Virus record (IMG/VR): IMGVR_UViG_3300032307_000764
Location: 96,001-160,000 of that record
Direction: 5' to 3' (one strand)
Origin: a virus
Lineage: Duplodnaviria > Caudoviricetes
Length of the DNA: 64,000 nucleotides
Below, piece after piece: positions 9,703 to 18,820 of this stretch. The notes under the pieces were generated by a model. That model did no database searches and was not told the DNA's origin. It saw only the letters and a program-made list of their open reading frames with translations. Positions within the stretch are counted from its first letter, which is position 1; the number at the start of each line of letters is the position of its first letter. Made by a program: the position numbers and the translations under genes.

Positions 9703-10764
9703 ATGAAAGCTAAAATAATAGACGTTAAAAAAATAGTTAAGTCCCAGAAATCACCATCAGGATCCGGACAATCGACTAAGCCACCTAAAAATATTGAGGG
9801 ATGGGAAGATGAGGAAGAAACTGAAGGAGAAGAAGAATCTGGAGAAGAAGAAAGCGGGGAAGAATCTGGCGATGATAAACAATCAGGTAAAGGTTCAGGT
9901 AAAGGTTCTGAAAGAGGATCAGGTGATGAATGGGAAGAAGTAGATCCTGCTCAACCTGGAGCAACTTACAAAGTTACACCTTGGCAACAACCATCCGGAC
10001 ACACTGTAATAGGTGAGGTACTTCCTACAGGATCTTTAGGAGATGGAGATGCTGGAGATAGAGATGCTGATGCTAAGAAGGATCAATGGAAAGCTGCTAC
10101 AACTGCTGCAGAATCACAATCGAGAGGTAATATACCTGGGGGAATTAGAGCTGCTCTTAAAAGAATGAGAACTTCTGTTGTTGATTGGAGAAAAGAGTTA
10201 GAAGTATTTATAGATGATGCTATATCTAAAAGTAAATACACTCTACCATCTAGAAGATTCTTAGGTGGTGGTAAAGCACAATATGGATATAAGAGATTCA
10301 AAGAAGATTTCGAATGTGTAGTAGTTGCTATAGATACATCTGGATCTATTTCAGATAGTATGGTTGCTCAATTCCTAGGAGAAGCTAAAGCTATTGTTGA
10401 TGCCTATTCTCCTCAAGATCTTTATGTTATTTTCTGTCATACTAATATCTACAGAGTTGATCATATACAGCCTGGAGATCCTATAGAGGTAGGAAAACTT
10501 CAAAGTGGTGGTACTGAATTTTATCCTCCCTTTAAATGGACTGAAGAGAATCTTTTAGATAAAGGAATAGTACCTTCTGTATTTATTTATTTTACTGATG
10601 GCGAAGCTAATTTCCCTAATGCTTCTGAATACGGTATAGGCGAATATGAGGATAAGTGTATATGGGTTCTTCTTACATTTAATGGTGAACCTTTCAGATA
10701 TGAAGTTCCTTTTGGAAATAGAATAGACATTACTCTTCCAAACAAGGAAGTTAAAGATATATAG
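9703..10764 (+). CDS. vWA domain protein (DUF2201 type) with acidic Gly/Ser/Glu linker
   Basis: VDWR.EL, PSRR, VVAIDTSGS (MIDAS), GGGT-like SGGTEF, YFTDG. Confidence 0.85.
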   Translation: MKAKIIDVKKIVKSQKSPSGSGQSTKPPKNIEGWEDEEETEGEEESGEEESGEESGDDKQSGKGSGKGSERGSGDEWEEVDPAQPGATYKVTPWQQPSGHTVIGEVLPTGSLGDGDAGDRDADAKKDQWKAATTAAESQSRGNIPGGIRAALKRMRTSVVDWRKELEVFIDDAISKSKYTLPSRRFLGGGKAQYGYKRFKEDFECVVVAIDTSGSISDSMVAQFLGEAKAIVDAYSPQDLYVIFCHTNIYRVDHIQPGDPIEVGKLQSGGTEFYPPFKWTEENLLDKGIVPSVFIYFTDGEANFPNASEYGIGEYEDKCIWVLLTFNGEPFRYEVPFGNRIDITLPNKEVKDI

Positions 10765-10795
10765 TGATATATAGAAAGAAGAAAAAAATAATAAA

Positions 10796-12313
10796 ATGAA
10801 ACGTATTTACAATTTTAATGAGTTTGTTAACGAAGGATATCTTGAAAAGATCGGATCAAAGATCTCTGGATGGATTCAGTCTTTAAAGACAGCAATAAAA
10901 AACGGATTAGTAAGATTAATCCCATCTGGAACTAAAGCAGGTAAACCTATGGCAGTTGCATTTGATCCAGATAAAGGATCTATCGAGCAACAGTTATTGG
11001 ATTTCTTTGCAGGTACTCCTTATGCAGAAATGGCAAATGAGGCTCAAGTTCCTTTAACTTATCCAAAAAGTGAAGACGTTCTAGATGTTAAAGAGCCGGA
11101 GCTTAAGAAGATGATTAAAACTCGTCTTAAAGCTGTATTAAAAGCTGGTGACGAAGGAAACTACCAAGGTGTATTAGATGTTAAACCTATATTCATTTTT
11201 GGAGCTCCTGGTATTGGTAAAACCCAAATCGTTGCTCAAGTATGTGACGAACTAGGAAAAGAAATGTACGGGAAACCATTAAACTTAGCTTTCGTTGATG
11301 GTGAATTTGCTGAGCCAGTTGACTTTGCAGGTGTACCTTCAGTAGTAGACGTTTCTGGCCCTTCAGAAGAAGACCCATACGGAAGAGGTATTACAAGATC
11401 TAACGTATCTGTAAACCTTTTGCCTAATGATAATGGTAAAGATGATATGGGTGGAATTCTTTTCATCGATGAGTTAAACCGTATGCCTCAAGAGGTTATT
11501 AAAGTTTTCATGAAACTTGCTCAAAGTAGAAGACTTGGTCAAACTTACACAATACCTTCAAAATGGTATATCGTTGCTGCTGGTAACAGAGCGGAAGATG
11601 ATCCAAGAGAAGTTAAAGCAATGGGTACAGCTCTTAGAGACCGTTTCTCTGTTGTTAACTTTGTACCTTCTGTTACTGGATGGAAAAAATATATTGAAAG
11701 TGGAAGATTAAAAGATGTTGTTATCCCTGAGTTATTAGACTTCTTGGAATTCCAACAAGAATATTTCCACAATCTTGATCCTGCTAAGCAAATGATTAAA
11801 TACCCAACTCCTAGAGCTTGGACTGATGCTGCAATGGGATTAAGAAGAGTATTAGACGAACTTGCTACTGAAGGAGTAACTGAATTATCTGATAGAGATA
11901 TTATTAGTGCATTCCAAGTAGAAGTTGGATATGATGCTGCAGCAGCATTCTTAGATTTCTATAAAATCGCAAAAGAAATTCCTGTTAAGGATTTAGTATT
12001 GCCTTTCACTAATCCTGAAAGAGCACCTTTACCTGACGATAAGAAAGATCCTAAGTCTGGAAGACCTAGAGCTGATTATGCACACGCATTACTTTCTGCT
12101 ATCATCAGAAAAAGTAAAGATACTGAATTAACAGCTACTGAAGTGTGTAACTTTGCTACTTACTTACAAAGAGTTAATTCACCAGAATGGGGTAATGCTG
12201 CAATCTCTAATTTATTTAAAGAGCACGCTTACTTGAAAAAAGATGCTAAGGCAATCCAATGTATAGCTCCTCTAGCTGATAAATGGGGATCAGAGCTTGG
12301 AACAGAACTTTAA
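10796..12313 (+). CDS. MoxR-like AAA+ ATPase with tagged N-terminal extension
   Basis: GAPGIGKT, ILFIDELNR, AAGNR, ALRDRF, PTPRAW. Confidence 0.85.
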   Translation: MKRIYNFNEFVNEGYLEKIGSKISGWIQSLKTAIKNGLVRLIPSGTKAGKPMAVAFDPDKGSIEQQLLDFFAGTPYAEMANEAQVPLTYPKSEDVLDVKEPELKKMIKTRLKAVLKAGDEGNYQGVLDVKPIFIFGAPGIGKTQIVAQVCDELGKEMYGKPLNLAFVDGEFAEPVDFAGVPSVVDVSGPSEEDPYGRGITRSNVSVNLLPNDNGKDDMGGILFIDELNRMPQEVIKVFMKLAQSRRLGQTYTIPSKWYIVAAGNRAEDDPREVKAMGTALRDRFSVVNFVPSVTGWKKYIESGRLKDVVIPELLDFLEFQQEYFHNLDPAKQMIKYPTPRAWTDAAMGLRRVLDELATEGVTELSDRDIISAFQVEVGYDAAAAFLDFYKIAKEIPVKDLVLPFTNPERAPLPDDKKDPKSGRPRADYAHALLSAIIRKSKDTELTATEVCNFATYLQRVNSPEWGNAAISNLFKEHAYLKKDAKAIQCIAPLADKWGSELGTEL

Positions 12314-12316
12314 TTA

Positions 12317-12589
12317 ATGAAAAAATTCAGTGAAATTAAGGAAGGTCATACCTCAAAGTATGACCTTTCTAATAGTAAAAGACTATTAGAAGAAGCCAGA
12401 GACAGGATCAATTCCGTTAGGGAGGAGTTTTCTGCGATGGAAGATGCTGATATAACTGAATTGGAGGAAGCATGGAACCTTATAGATAAATACTACGGAA
12501 ACGTGGTTAGAGGGGAAATATTCAAAAGAAGAAAAAAGAACCAATACATACCTAATACATCCGTTCGTATTCCGGAGAGAGGTTTTTAA
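12317..12589 (+). CDS. Hypothetical protein
   Basis: Operon packing; MKKFSEIKE start. Confidence 0.55.
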   Translation: MKKFSEIKEGHTSKYDLSNSKRLLEEARDRINSVREEFSAMEDADITELEEAWNLIDKYYGNVVRGEIFKRRKKNQYIPNTSVRIPERGF

Positions 12590-12605
12590 TTAAGATATAT
12601 AAAAT

Positions 12606-13139
12606 ATGAGACATATTAAATTATTTGAACAATTCCTAAATGAGGATGGATACGGTAGAGATTTTTTCGTAAAAAAGAAAGAGGGTAAATTATCCCAATA
12701 TTTCTTTAAGATCGAAGGCGAGGAAGAAGAGCTAGGATTTGTAGTTAATATAGGTAAGCTTTCTAGAAACATAACGATTGAATCTGCTGAGAATAGTTAT
12801 GCAGTTCTTTCTGTAGAGCCTATTAGAGAGTCTGTAATGGACGATTATTTAGTTAAAGACTCTGATTTTAAATCTAGAGAAGATGAAGTGTTTATGCTTA
12901 CTAAATCAGAGCTTATGAGATTCTATAAAATCGTTGGTGAGTGTATCAAAGATTATTTGCAATCTAATCCCAAGGTTTCTATCATCTATGATGAAATGCC
13001 TTTAAATATTGATATGGATTTCGAAGAGTATATGGAAAAAGCTAAATCTTTGATGGATGATTGGAGTTACGACAAATGGAGTATACAACAAGGTCCAGAA
13101 AGTAAAATAGTAATCTATTCTAGAAGAGATCATGAATAA
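12606..13139 (+). CDS. Hypothetical protein with capsid-targeting-like N-terminus
   Basis: MRHIKLFEQFLNE; GATATATA at 12594. Confidence 0.65.
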   Translation: MRHIKLFEQFLNEDGYGRDFFVKKKEGKLSQYFFKIEGEEEELGFVVNIGKLSRNITIESAENSYAVLSVEPIRESVMDDYLVKDSDFKSREDEVFMLTKSELMRFYKIVGECIKDYLQSNPKVSIIYDEMPLNIDMDFEEYMEKAKSLMDDWSYDKWSIQQGPESKIVIYSRRDHE

Positions 13140-13449
13140 TAATATTCTGTCATATAACGAATTTATCACAGAATCAAGAATACCTATAGCTTGGGCTAAA
13201 CCTTCACAGGTTACGACTAAGGTTCTTTCTTTTATAGCAGAGAAGGAGAAGGTTACTAAAAAGGAATTAATGGAATTTCTTGATAGTATTCCAGAGGATG
13301 CCTCCGGAAAAAAACCAACTATGTCTTGGGTTAGAAATCAGAAGAAGTATATTAAATATAAGGTACAGGAAGAGGAAGCAAATTATTTTTCTTTAACCCC
13401 TTTAGGAAGGAGAGTTCTGAAATCCTTTAAAATCAATGAAACAAATTAA
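13132..13449 (+). CDS. Possible winged-helix DNA-binding protein with tagged N-terminus
   Basis: ILSYNEFITE start; KVLSFI...VTKKELM...FSLTPLGRRVL wHTH-like pattern. Confidence 0.45.
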   Translation: MNNNILSYNEFITESRIPIAWAKPSQVTTKVLSFIAEKEKVTKKELMEFLDSIPEDASGKKPTMSWVRNQKKYIKYKVQEEEANYFSLTPLGRRVLKSFKINETN

Positions 13450-13483
13450 GGTTTCGTCTCTATGATATAGAAAATATATCAAT

Positions 13484-13663
13484 ATGGAAACTTACGAAAA
13501 AATTAAAGAATTAGTAGCAAACATGGAAAAAGACATGGATGCTTTCTACGGTAAAGGTAATAAATCTGCAGGAACTCGTGTTCGTACAGCTTGCCAAGAC
13601 CTTAAAAAATTAGCTCAAGATCTAAGAGTTAATGTACAAGAAACTAAAAACGCTAAAGCCTAA
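13484..13663 (+). CDS. Histone H1-like protein (Hc1 family, Bacteroidota type)
   Basis: 59-aa ORF missed by the track: METYEKIKELVANMEKDMDAFYGKGNKSAGTRVRTACQDLKKLAQDLRVNVQETKNAKA; GNKxAGTRxR signature. Confidence 0.75.
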   Translation: METYEKIKELVANMEKDMDAFYGKGNKSAGTRVRTACQDLKKLAQDLRVNVQETKNAKA

Positions 13664-13668
13664 TTACG

Positions 13669-13899
13669 ATGGGATATTACATTTGTAAAGTAAGCTTTTT
13701 CTCTGGAGAAGTTTCTAAAAGTACAGGGAAAGCAAAAGCATCAAAGTCTGAGATCTTAGTAGAAGCGGAAGCTGTTACTGAAGCTGAAACAAGATTACAT
13801 GCTCATCTTGCTGGAGATAATGCAACTGCTCATTTAGATTTCGAGGTTACTGCAGTAGCTCAATCTAAAATTGAATCAGTAGTTCATATCAAAGGATAA
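13669..13899 (+). CDS. DUF4494-like protein
   Basis: YICKV...LVEAEAVTEAETR...FEV pattern matches the Bacteroidota family as I recall it. Confidence 0.55.
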   Translation: MGYYICKVSFFSGEVSKSTGKAKASKSEILVEAEAVTEAETRLHAHLAGDNATAHLDFEVTAVAQSKIESVVHIKG

Positions 13900-13914
13900 G
13901 ATAAACTATCAATT

Positions 13915-13954
13915 AAAAACTCCTGACGGATATATAATCTATCAGGAGTTTTTT
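13915..13954 (+). terminator. Intrinsic terminator hairpin with GATATATA in its loop
   Basis: AAAAACTCCTGA / TCAGGAGTTTTT 12-bp stem. Confidence 0.7.
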
Positions 13955-13965
13955 GTATACCCTGG

Positions 13966-14247
13966 TTGAAAGAAAAAATGAAAAAGAAAAAATCTTATAC
14001 TACTGGATCTTATACTCCTCCAACTTCCCCTGTTAAAATACCAAAAGGAAGTAAGGGATTCGATATGATTAAAAAATCATTATCTGAAGAGGAAGCACCA
14101 GAGACCGGTGCATATGAACCTCCAATTTCACCTGTTAAGATTCCTAAGGGTGATACGGGTTTTAATACAGTAAAGAATGGATATAGAAGATTCATTTGGT
14201 CTTGGAAAGAATATATAGGTAAAAAACCGAAATTCCCTAAAACATAA
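13966..14247 (+). CDS. Small basic protein with internal duplication
   Basis: YxPPxSPVKIPKGxxGFxxxK twice; TTG start, or ATG at 13978. Confidence 0.6.
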   Translation: MKEKMKKKKSYTTGSYTPPTSPVKIPKGSKGFDMIKKSLSEEEAPETGAYEPPISPVKIPKGDTGFNTVKNGYRRFIWSWKEYIGKKPKFPKT

Positions 14248-14248
14248 T

Positions 14249-14611
14249 ATGCCAGCAGTATCTAAAACACAACAAAGATTAATGGGACAGGCTCACGGAG
14301 TACGTAAGTGGATGGACACTAACGGAAATGAAGGACTAGATCCTAAAGACATTAAATCAGCATATAGAGAAACTATTGTTGATATAGCAAAAAACATGAA
14401 GAAAAAATCACTTAAGGATTTTGCTAGTACTGAGCATAAAGGACTTCCTGAAGAGATTGAAGAAGGCCTAGGGGAGGTTGGTAATCCTGGTGAGGTTCCA
14501 ACAATATATCCTTATCTTAATCCATCAGCTAATAAGCCCAAGAAAAAAACTTTAGCCTCTAAGATGCAGAATTTAGCGGATTATAGAGAATTTATGTCGA
14601 ATAAAAAATAA
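14249..14611 (+). CDS. DUF3008-like protein
   Basis: MPAVSKTQQRLMG and KDFASTEHKGLP motifs. Confidence 0.65.
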   Translation: MPAVSKTQQRLMGQAHGVRKWMDTNGNEGLDPKDIKSAYRETIVDIAKNMKKKSLKDFASTEHKGLPEEIEEGLGEVGNPGEVPTIYPYLNPSANKPKKKTLASKMQNLADYREFMSNKK

Positions 14612-14616
14612 TTATT

Positions 14617-15087
14617 ATGGAAGAAAAATTAGACGAAGACTGCGGATGTGGTGGTGTTACTGATAACATTAGAAGCTTTTCTGGTTCAACACCATCTAGA
14701 TATTCACAAGATCCTTTAGTGGGAACTAGAGTAAATTTAGTAGATGGCCGATCTGGTAAGGTCGATGATTCTATTAGAAATAATACTGGAGAAGTTATTG
14801 GATATGTTATAGAGGGTGATAGAGGAACCTATAGAGTATTTAAAAATAAAATAGCTGGTCCTATCCAGGAGAGTGGAGGGCCAATGGCTTCTTTAGGATC
14901 TACTCCAGGAATGGGGAATGTTATACCTCCAGGACCGGGGAGAACTGGATCAGGGGATCAATTTCCTTCACTAGAGGTTGGTACTCCTGCTGCTAAAAAG
15001 AAAAAGAAGAAGAAAGATAACAATCCGATAGATACTTCTTTAATGGACTTTAAAACATTCCTTAGCAGAGGTAAAGGTAATCAATAA
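14617..15087 (+). CDS. Hypothetical protein (Gly/Pro-rich, poly-Lys)
   Basis: Operon packing, followed by a terminator. Confidence 0.6.
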   Translation: MEEKLDEDCGCGGVTDNIRSFSGSTPSRYSQDPLVGTRVNLVDGRSGKVDDSIRNNTGEVIGYVIEGDRGTYRVFKNKIAGPIQESGGPMASLGSTPGMGNVIPPGPGRTGSGDQFPSLEVGTPAAKKKKKKKDNNPIDTSLMDFKTFLSRGKGNQ

Positions 15088-15108
15088 GAATTTTTGTCTT
15101 ATCAATAT

Positions 15109-15139
15109 AAATCCAAGTGACAAAATCGCTTGGATTTTT
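15109..15139 (+). terminator. Intrinsic terminator
   Basis: AAATCCAAGTGA-CAAAA-TCGCTTGGATTTTT. Confidence 0.7.
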
Positions 15140-15192
15140 CTATTTTATAAGGTTGGTATTTAATTTGACGGTAAAATATAAAAAATAAAATT

Positions 15193-15525
15193 ATGTTTGA
15201 ATCAGAAATTAAATTACCGTTTTTCCTTAACTCTTTCGTTAGAAAGTTTTCACAGGGATATTTTAGTAAGAATGGGACTTTAATATTTGAAGTTCCTGGA
15301 TTTTCAAAAGATGATATTAAAATAGATCTTGATGGTCACGTTATGCACGTACACGGAGAGAAAGAGATCTATGGCGAGAAGTTTGAAATTGATAAGAAGT
15401 TTGCTTTAAACCATGGAGTATTAGATCAAGAAAATCCTATTACTGCTAAGGTAGAGAATGGTCTTCTTTACATCAATTTAAAAAAATCTACAAAACCTAA
15501 GCAAACTTCTGTGGAAATTTCTTAA
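15193..15525 (+). CDS. hsp20: Small heat-shock protein (Hsp20/alpha-crystallin)
   Basis: FEVPGFSKDDIKI.L and AKVENGLLYI. Confidence 0.85.
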   Translation: MFESEIKLPFFLNSFVRKFSQGYFSKNGTLIFEVPGFSKDDIKIDLDGHVMHVHGEKEIYGEKFEIDKKFALNHGVLDQENPITAKVENGLLYINLKKSTKPKQTSVEIS

Positions 15526-15534
15526 TTTAGCTTC

Positions 15535-15918
15535 GTGCAAAAATTAAGTATAATACAAGAAGAATATAAAGATGATCCTTGGAAGGTGCTAGTCTGTTGT
15601 ATATTACTCAATCAGACTAGCAACCGACAAGTTAGACCTCTGATATCTCATTTCTTTAAAACATGGCCTAATCCGGCTTCTATTATTAGAGAAGATCTTA
15701 TTAATATAAGTACATTTATAAAGAGCACAGGATTTCAAAATATTAAGGCACACAGAATCAAGCAATTCTCCATATCATGGGAGATAGGAATAAGGGATCC
15801 TCATAAATTTCCTGGAATTGGAGAATATGGTAGGGAAGCATGGAGAATATTTGTAGATCAGGATCTAGATTTTACCCCTAAGGATAAGAAGCTAAAAATG
15901 TATTTAGATTCTATGTAG
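15535..15918 (+). CDS. MBD4-like HhH DNA glycosylase
   Basis: DPWKVLVCCILLNQTS, PGIGEYGREAWRIF, PKDKKL parallel the MBD4 catalytic domain; GTG start. Confidence 0.7.
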   Translation: MQKLSIIQEEYKDDPWKVLVCCILLNQTSNRQVRPLISHFFKTWPNPASIIREDLINISTFIKSTGFQNIKAHRIKQFSISWEIGIRDPHKFPGIGEYGREAWRIFVDQDLDFTPKDKKLKMYLDSM

Positions 15919-15930
15919 AATATATACTAC

Positions 15931-16527
15931 ATGAATCATTTACTAAGGTTTGAAAATTACAAACCAATATACGAGAAAATCCAACCAATCACAGCTAATT
16001 GGTTTATAATTGACGGAGAAGGATCTTTTGAAAAAAAAGAACAATCCGGTTTTTTTGTATTTAATCGTGTTGGTACATTCTCTATAATCTATAATAAGAA
16101 AGCTTCTGATTCTGAAGAAGCAAGAATAGATTTTTACACATCGAAGGAAAATTCAAAGGATAAAAACACTATCTGTGAATGTAAGATTTTAACTAAGAGC
16201 GGAGAGGAAAGAACTGTTAGAAAGTTCACTGATATTACTCCAGATAATGTTTGGGATATCATCACTTCATTCTTCGATTATTGTGATCTGGAGAAATCAG
16301 AAAAAGAAGTAACTGATAGATTCCTATTAGGTTTTTCTAAAACATTAAAAGAGGTTTTAAAATTTGAGAGCAGTGATCAATTGCCTTCAGCATTTAAAAG
16401 TTTTTATAAGTTTATTTTGGAATGGTCTAAGAAATCTGATCCGAAGATAGAAATTAAAGCTACAAACAACAATTACGAGCTTTTAGATTTGATTAAAAGA
16501 TTTATGAGTAATTTCAAAAAATCTTAA
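15931..16527 (+). CDS. Hypothetical protein with tagged N-terminus
   Basis: MNHLLRFENY...YE; GAATATATA upstream. Confidence 0.6.
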   Translation: MNHLLRFENYKPIYEKIQPITANWFIIDGEGSFEKKEQSGFFVFNRVGTFSIIYNKKASDSEEARIDFYTSKENSKDKNTICECKILTKSGEERTVRKFTDITPDNVWDIITSFFDYCDLEKSEKEVTDRFLLGFSKTLKEVLKFESSDQLPSAFKSFYKFILEWSKKSDPKIEIKATNNNYELLDLIKRFMSNFKKS

Positions 16528-16829
16528 GCAGATTCTCTTTTCTTTAATTGGGATAAAAAATCCTTCCAGACAACTAAACCTTCTTTAATACCCGATTTAG
16601 GGAATTTATGAAATTCTGCCCTGTGTGACATTATGTAAGCAGCTATTATTGCATCTTTAAGTTCAATCTCCTTTTTATCCAGCATCTCTTGAAGTCTCCT
16701 TACTGATTTTAATGCCTCGTCACGGTTCGAGAATCTTAGTCCTCTTGGATACTTTGTATCCTTGGAGAAAGGCTTAACATCATTTAGGTAAACCTGCTCA
16801 AAAAGTTTGTATGTTAGAATTTTTTTCAC
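16524..16829 (-). CDS. Hypothetical protein with tagged N-terminus
   Basis: GTG at 16829 gives (M)KKILTYKLFEQ, just after GAATATATA (16834-16842, - strand). Confidence 0.55.
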   Translation of the reverse strand: MKKILTYKLFEQVYLNDVKPFSKDTKYPRGLRFSNRDEALKSVRRLQEMLDKKEIELKDAIIAAYIMSHRAEFHKFPKSGIKEGLVVWKDFLSQLKKRESA

Positions 16830-16858
16830 ATAGTATATATTCTTTACCAAAATAAATC

Positions 16859-16887
16859 GAAACCTCTTAGGGGTATCAGTGTAAGAT
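16859..16887 (+). promoter_or_regulatory. GAAAC(T/C)-N16/17-TA-rich promoter variant
   Basis: GAAACC...GTAAGAT upstream of the PolB N-half; weaker match to the class at 47702. Confidence 0.4.
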
Positions 16888-16893
16888 AGAAGT

Positions 16894-18300
16894 ATGATTA
16901 TTGATATAGAAAATTCAGGTACTTCTTTAGTTGTCTCCCATTATACAGAGGAAGGAGACGTAAATTTGTTAAAGTTACAAGTCCCTAAAGCGCTTCAGTT
17001 TGTTTGGCAGAAAACATCTGCTAGTGACCGTTCAAGAGATCCTGAGTGGATGTCTTGGGATGGATGCCCGGTTAAAAAATCTTCAACCTACAAGTTTGAT
17101 AAATATCGAATTGTAGAAATATTAGAAGCATTAGATCCGGAATTAACTAAGCCTCTTTGGGATTATCAAACACCTAAAAAATACTTTGTCGATATTGAGG
17201 TTGAAATAACTGACAACCGAGCGGATTCATTGGACACTGAAAATTCTAAAAATAGAATACTATCAATTGGTATGGCTTCATCCCAGGGTAAAATTCTTGT
17301 TATAGGATTAGAAGATATGAGTTCTGATAGAATTCTAAAAATAGAGAAAAGAATAAAGGATCACTTTGAGGGTCAAAAAGGTGAATGGACTTTTAATTAT
17401 AGAAAGTTTGAAAGCGAGTTTGATATGCTTTACACTTTCCTTTCTAAGCTCGTTCCTAAAATGCCTTTAATAACTGGATGGAACTGGTTTGGGTATGACT
17501 GGCCTTATATTATAAACAGAGCAAAGAGATTAGGAATAGATCCTAAAATTGCTTCACCAAGCGGAGTTCTTTTAGGAAAGAATCAAATTCCTATGCACGT
17601 ATTAATGGTGGATTACCTTGAGATTTATAAGAAGTGGGATAGAGTAGTAAAAATTAGAGAGTCTAACTCGTTAGATTATGTTGCTAATCAAGCCATAGGG
17701 ATTAAAAAGATCGCTTATAATGGAACATTAAAGGATTTATATGATTCAGACTTCGAAACGTTCATATTCTATAACGCAGTTGACTGTGCTCTTGTACATT
17801 ATATCGATAAAAGACTTGATACCCTTTCTACATTCTTTAAAATTGCAGAGGTAAGTAGGGTGGAGATTAACAGAGCATTATCTCCTGTTTGGACTACTGA
17901 AGTTCTTATGCTAAGAAAATTCTTGGAAAGAAAACAGGTAATCGTAAATGAAAGAAAAGAAGAGACACACGTTAAATTCGAAGGAGCTTATGTTAAGAAG
18001 CCAGAGAGAGGATTATATGAATGGATCGCTTGTTTCGACTTTGCTTCACTGTACCCTAACACGATGATGCAATGGGGAATTTCTCCAGAGGTTTATATTG
18101 GTAAGAATCTTAAGAATATACCTGAAGGAGCAATTAAAACTTCGTCGGGGGCAGTCTTTTATAGCAAGGAAGGAAGAGAACCTATCCTGAGAGAAATTCT
18201 AAAAGGACTTTATGCACAAAGAAAAGCAACAAAGAAGAAATATTTTGAATGCGAAAAAGAGATAGAAAAAATAAAAAAAGTAATTAAAGAAAAATCATAA
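16894..18300 (+). CDS. gp43A: Family B DNA polymerase, N-terminal part (exonuclease, motif A, first fingers helix)
   Basis: FVDIEV, GWNWFGYDWPY, DYL.IYKK, YNAVDC, FEGAYV, FDFASLYPN; ends just after QRKATK. Confidence 0.9.
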   Translation: MIIDIENSGTSLVVSHYTEEGDVNLLKLQVPKALQFVWQKTSASDRSRDPEWMSWDGCPVKKSSTYKFDKYRIVEILEALDPELTKPLWDYQTPKKYFVDIEVEITDNRADSLDTENSKNRILSIGMASSQGKILVIGLEDMSSDRILKIEKRIKDHFEGQKGEWTFNYRKFESEFDMLYTFLSKLVPKMPLITGWNWFGYDWPYIINRAKRLGIDPKIASPSGVLLGKNQIPMHVLMVDYLEIYKKWDRVVKIRESNSLDYVANQAIGIKKIAYNGTLKDLYDSDFETFIFYNAVDCALVHYIDKRLDTLSTFFKIAEVSRVEINRALSPVWTTEVLMLRKFLERKQVIVNERKEETHVKFEGAYVKKPERGLYEWIACFDFASLYPNTMMQWGISPEVYIGKNLKNIPEGAIKTSSGAVFYSKEGREPILREILKGLYAQRKATKKKYFECEKEIEKIKKVIKEKS

Positions 18301-18303
18301 ATT

Positions 18304-18768
18304 ATGGCAAACACAGACAACAAATGCGCAGATCTTCCAGTAGAAGATTTCCACACAGGAGTAAATGATACTCTTGGCTTGATTTACAACAAGCAAACAG
18401 AATTACAAGCAAGATATGGATTTGATTTTAAAGATTGGACTTTGAAGCAGATCGCAGATTTCTGGATGGTTAATAAACATGCACTAAGTGATGAATTAAA
18501 CGAAATGTTTGATGCACTTGGAGGTGTCAACGACGGAATTGGATCTGCTGGTTGGAAATACTGGAAAGGAGACAATAAAAAAGCTGCAGAAATGAAGATC
18601 TCTGATCTTAGCGAAAACGATAGATTGGAACTATTTTATGAATGGATTGATGGATTACATTTCTTTATGAATTTTGGTATTTCTATGGGAATGACAAGTA
18701 AGGATATTGTTAATCTTTATATGGCAAAAAATGCTGAAAATCATGACAGACAGGAGAGAGGATATTAA
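18304..18768 (+). CDS. Dimeric all-alpha dUTPase/dCTPase (T4 gp56-like)
   Basis: DELNEM, WKYWK, EWIDGLHF. Confidence 0.75.
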   Translation: MANTDNKCADLPVEDFHTGVNDTLGLIYNKQTELQARYGFDFKDWTLKQIADFWMVNKHALSDELNEMFDALGGVNDGIGSAGWKYWKGDNKKAAEMKISDLSENDRLELFYEWIDGLHFFMNFGISMGMTSKDIVNLYMAKNAENHDRQERGY

Positions 18769-18820
18769 TATATAAATGACCCCTTTATCAATAAGAAATA
18801 ATAAAATATAAAAAATTAAA

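Noticed and set aside
9820-9915. EEESG / GKGS repeats
   Set aside because: Low-complexity linker typical of vWA partners of MoxR, not an independent repeat element
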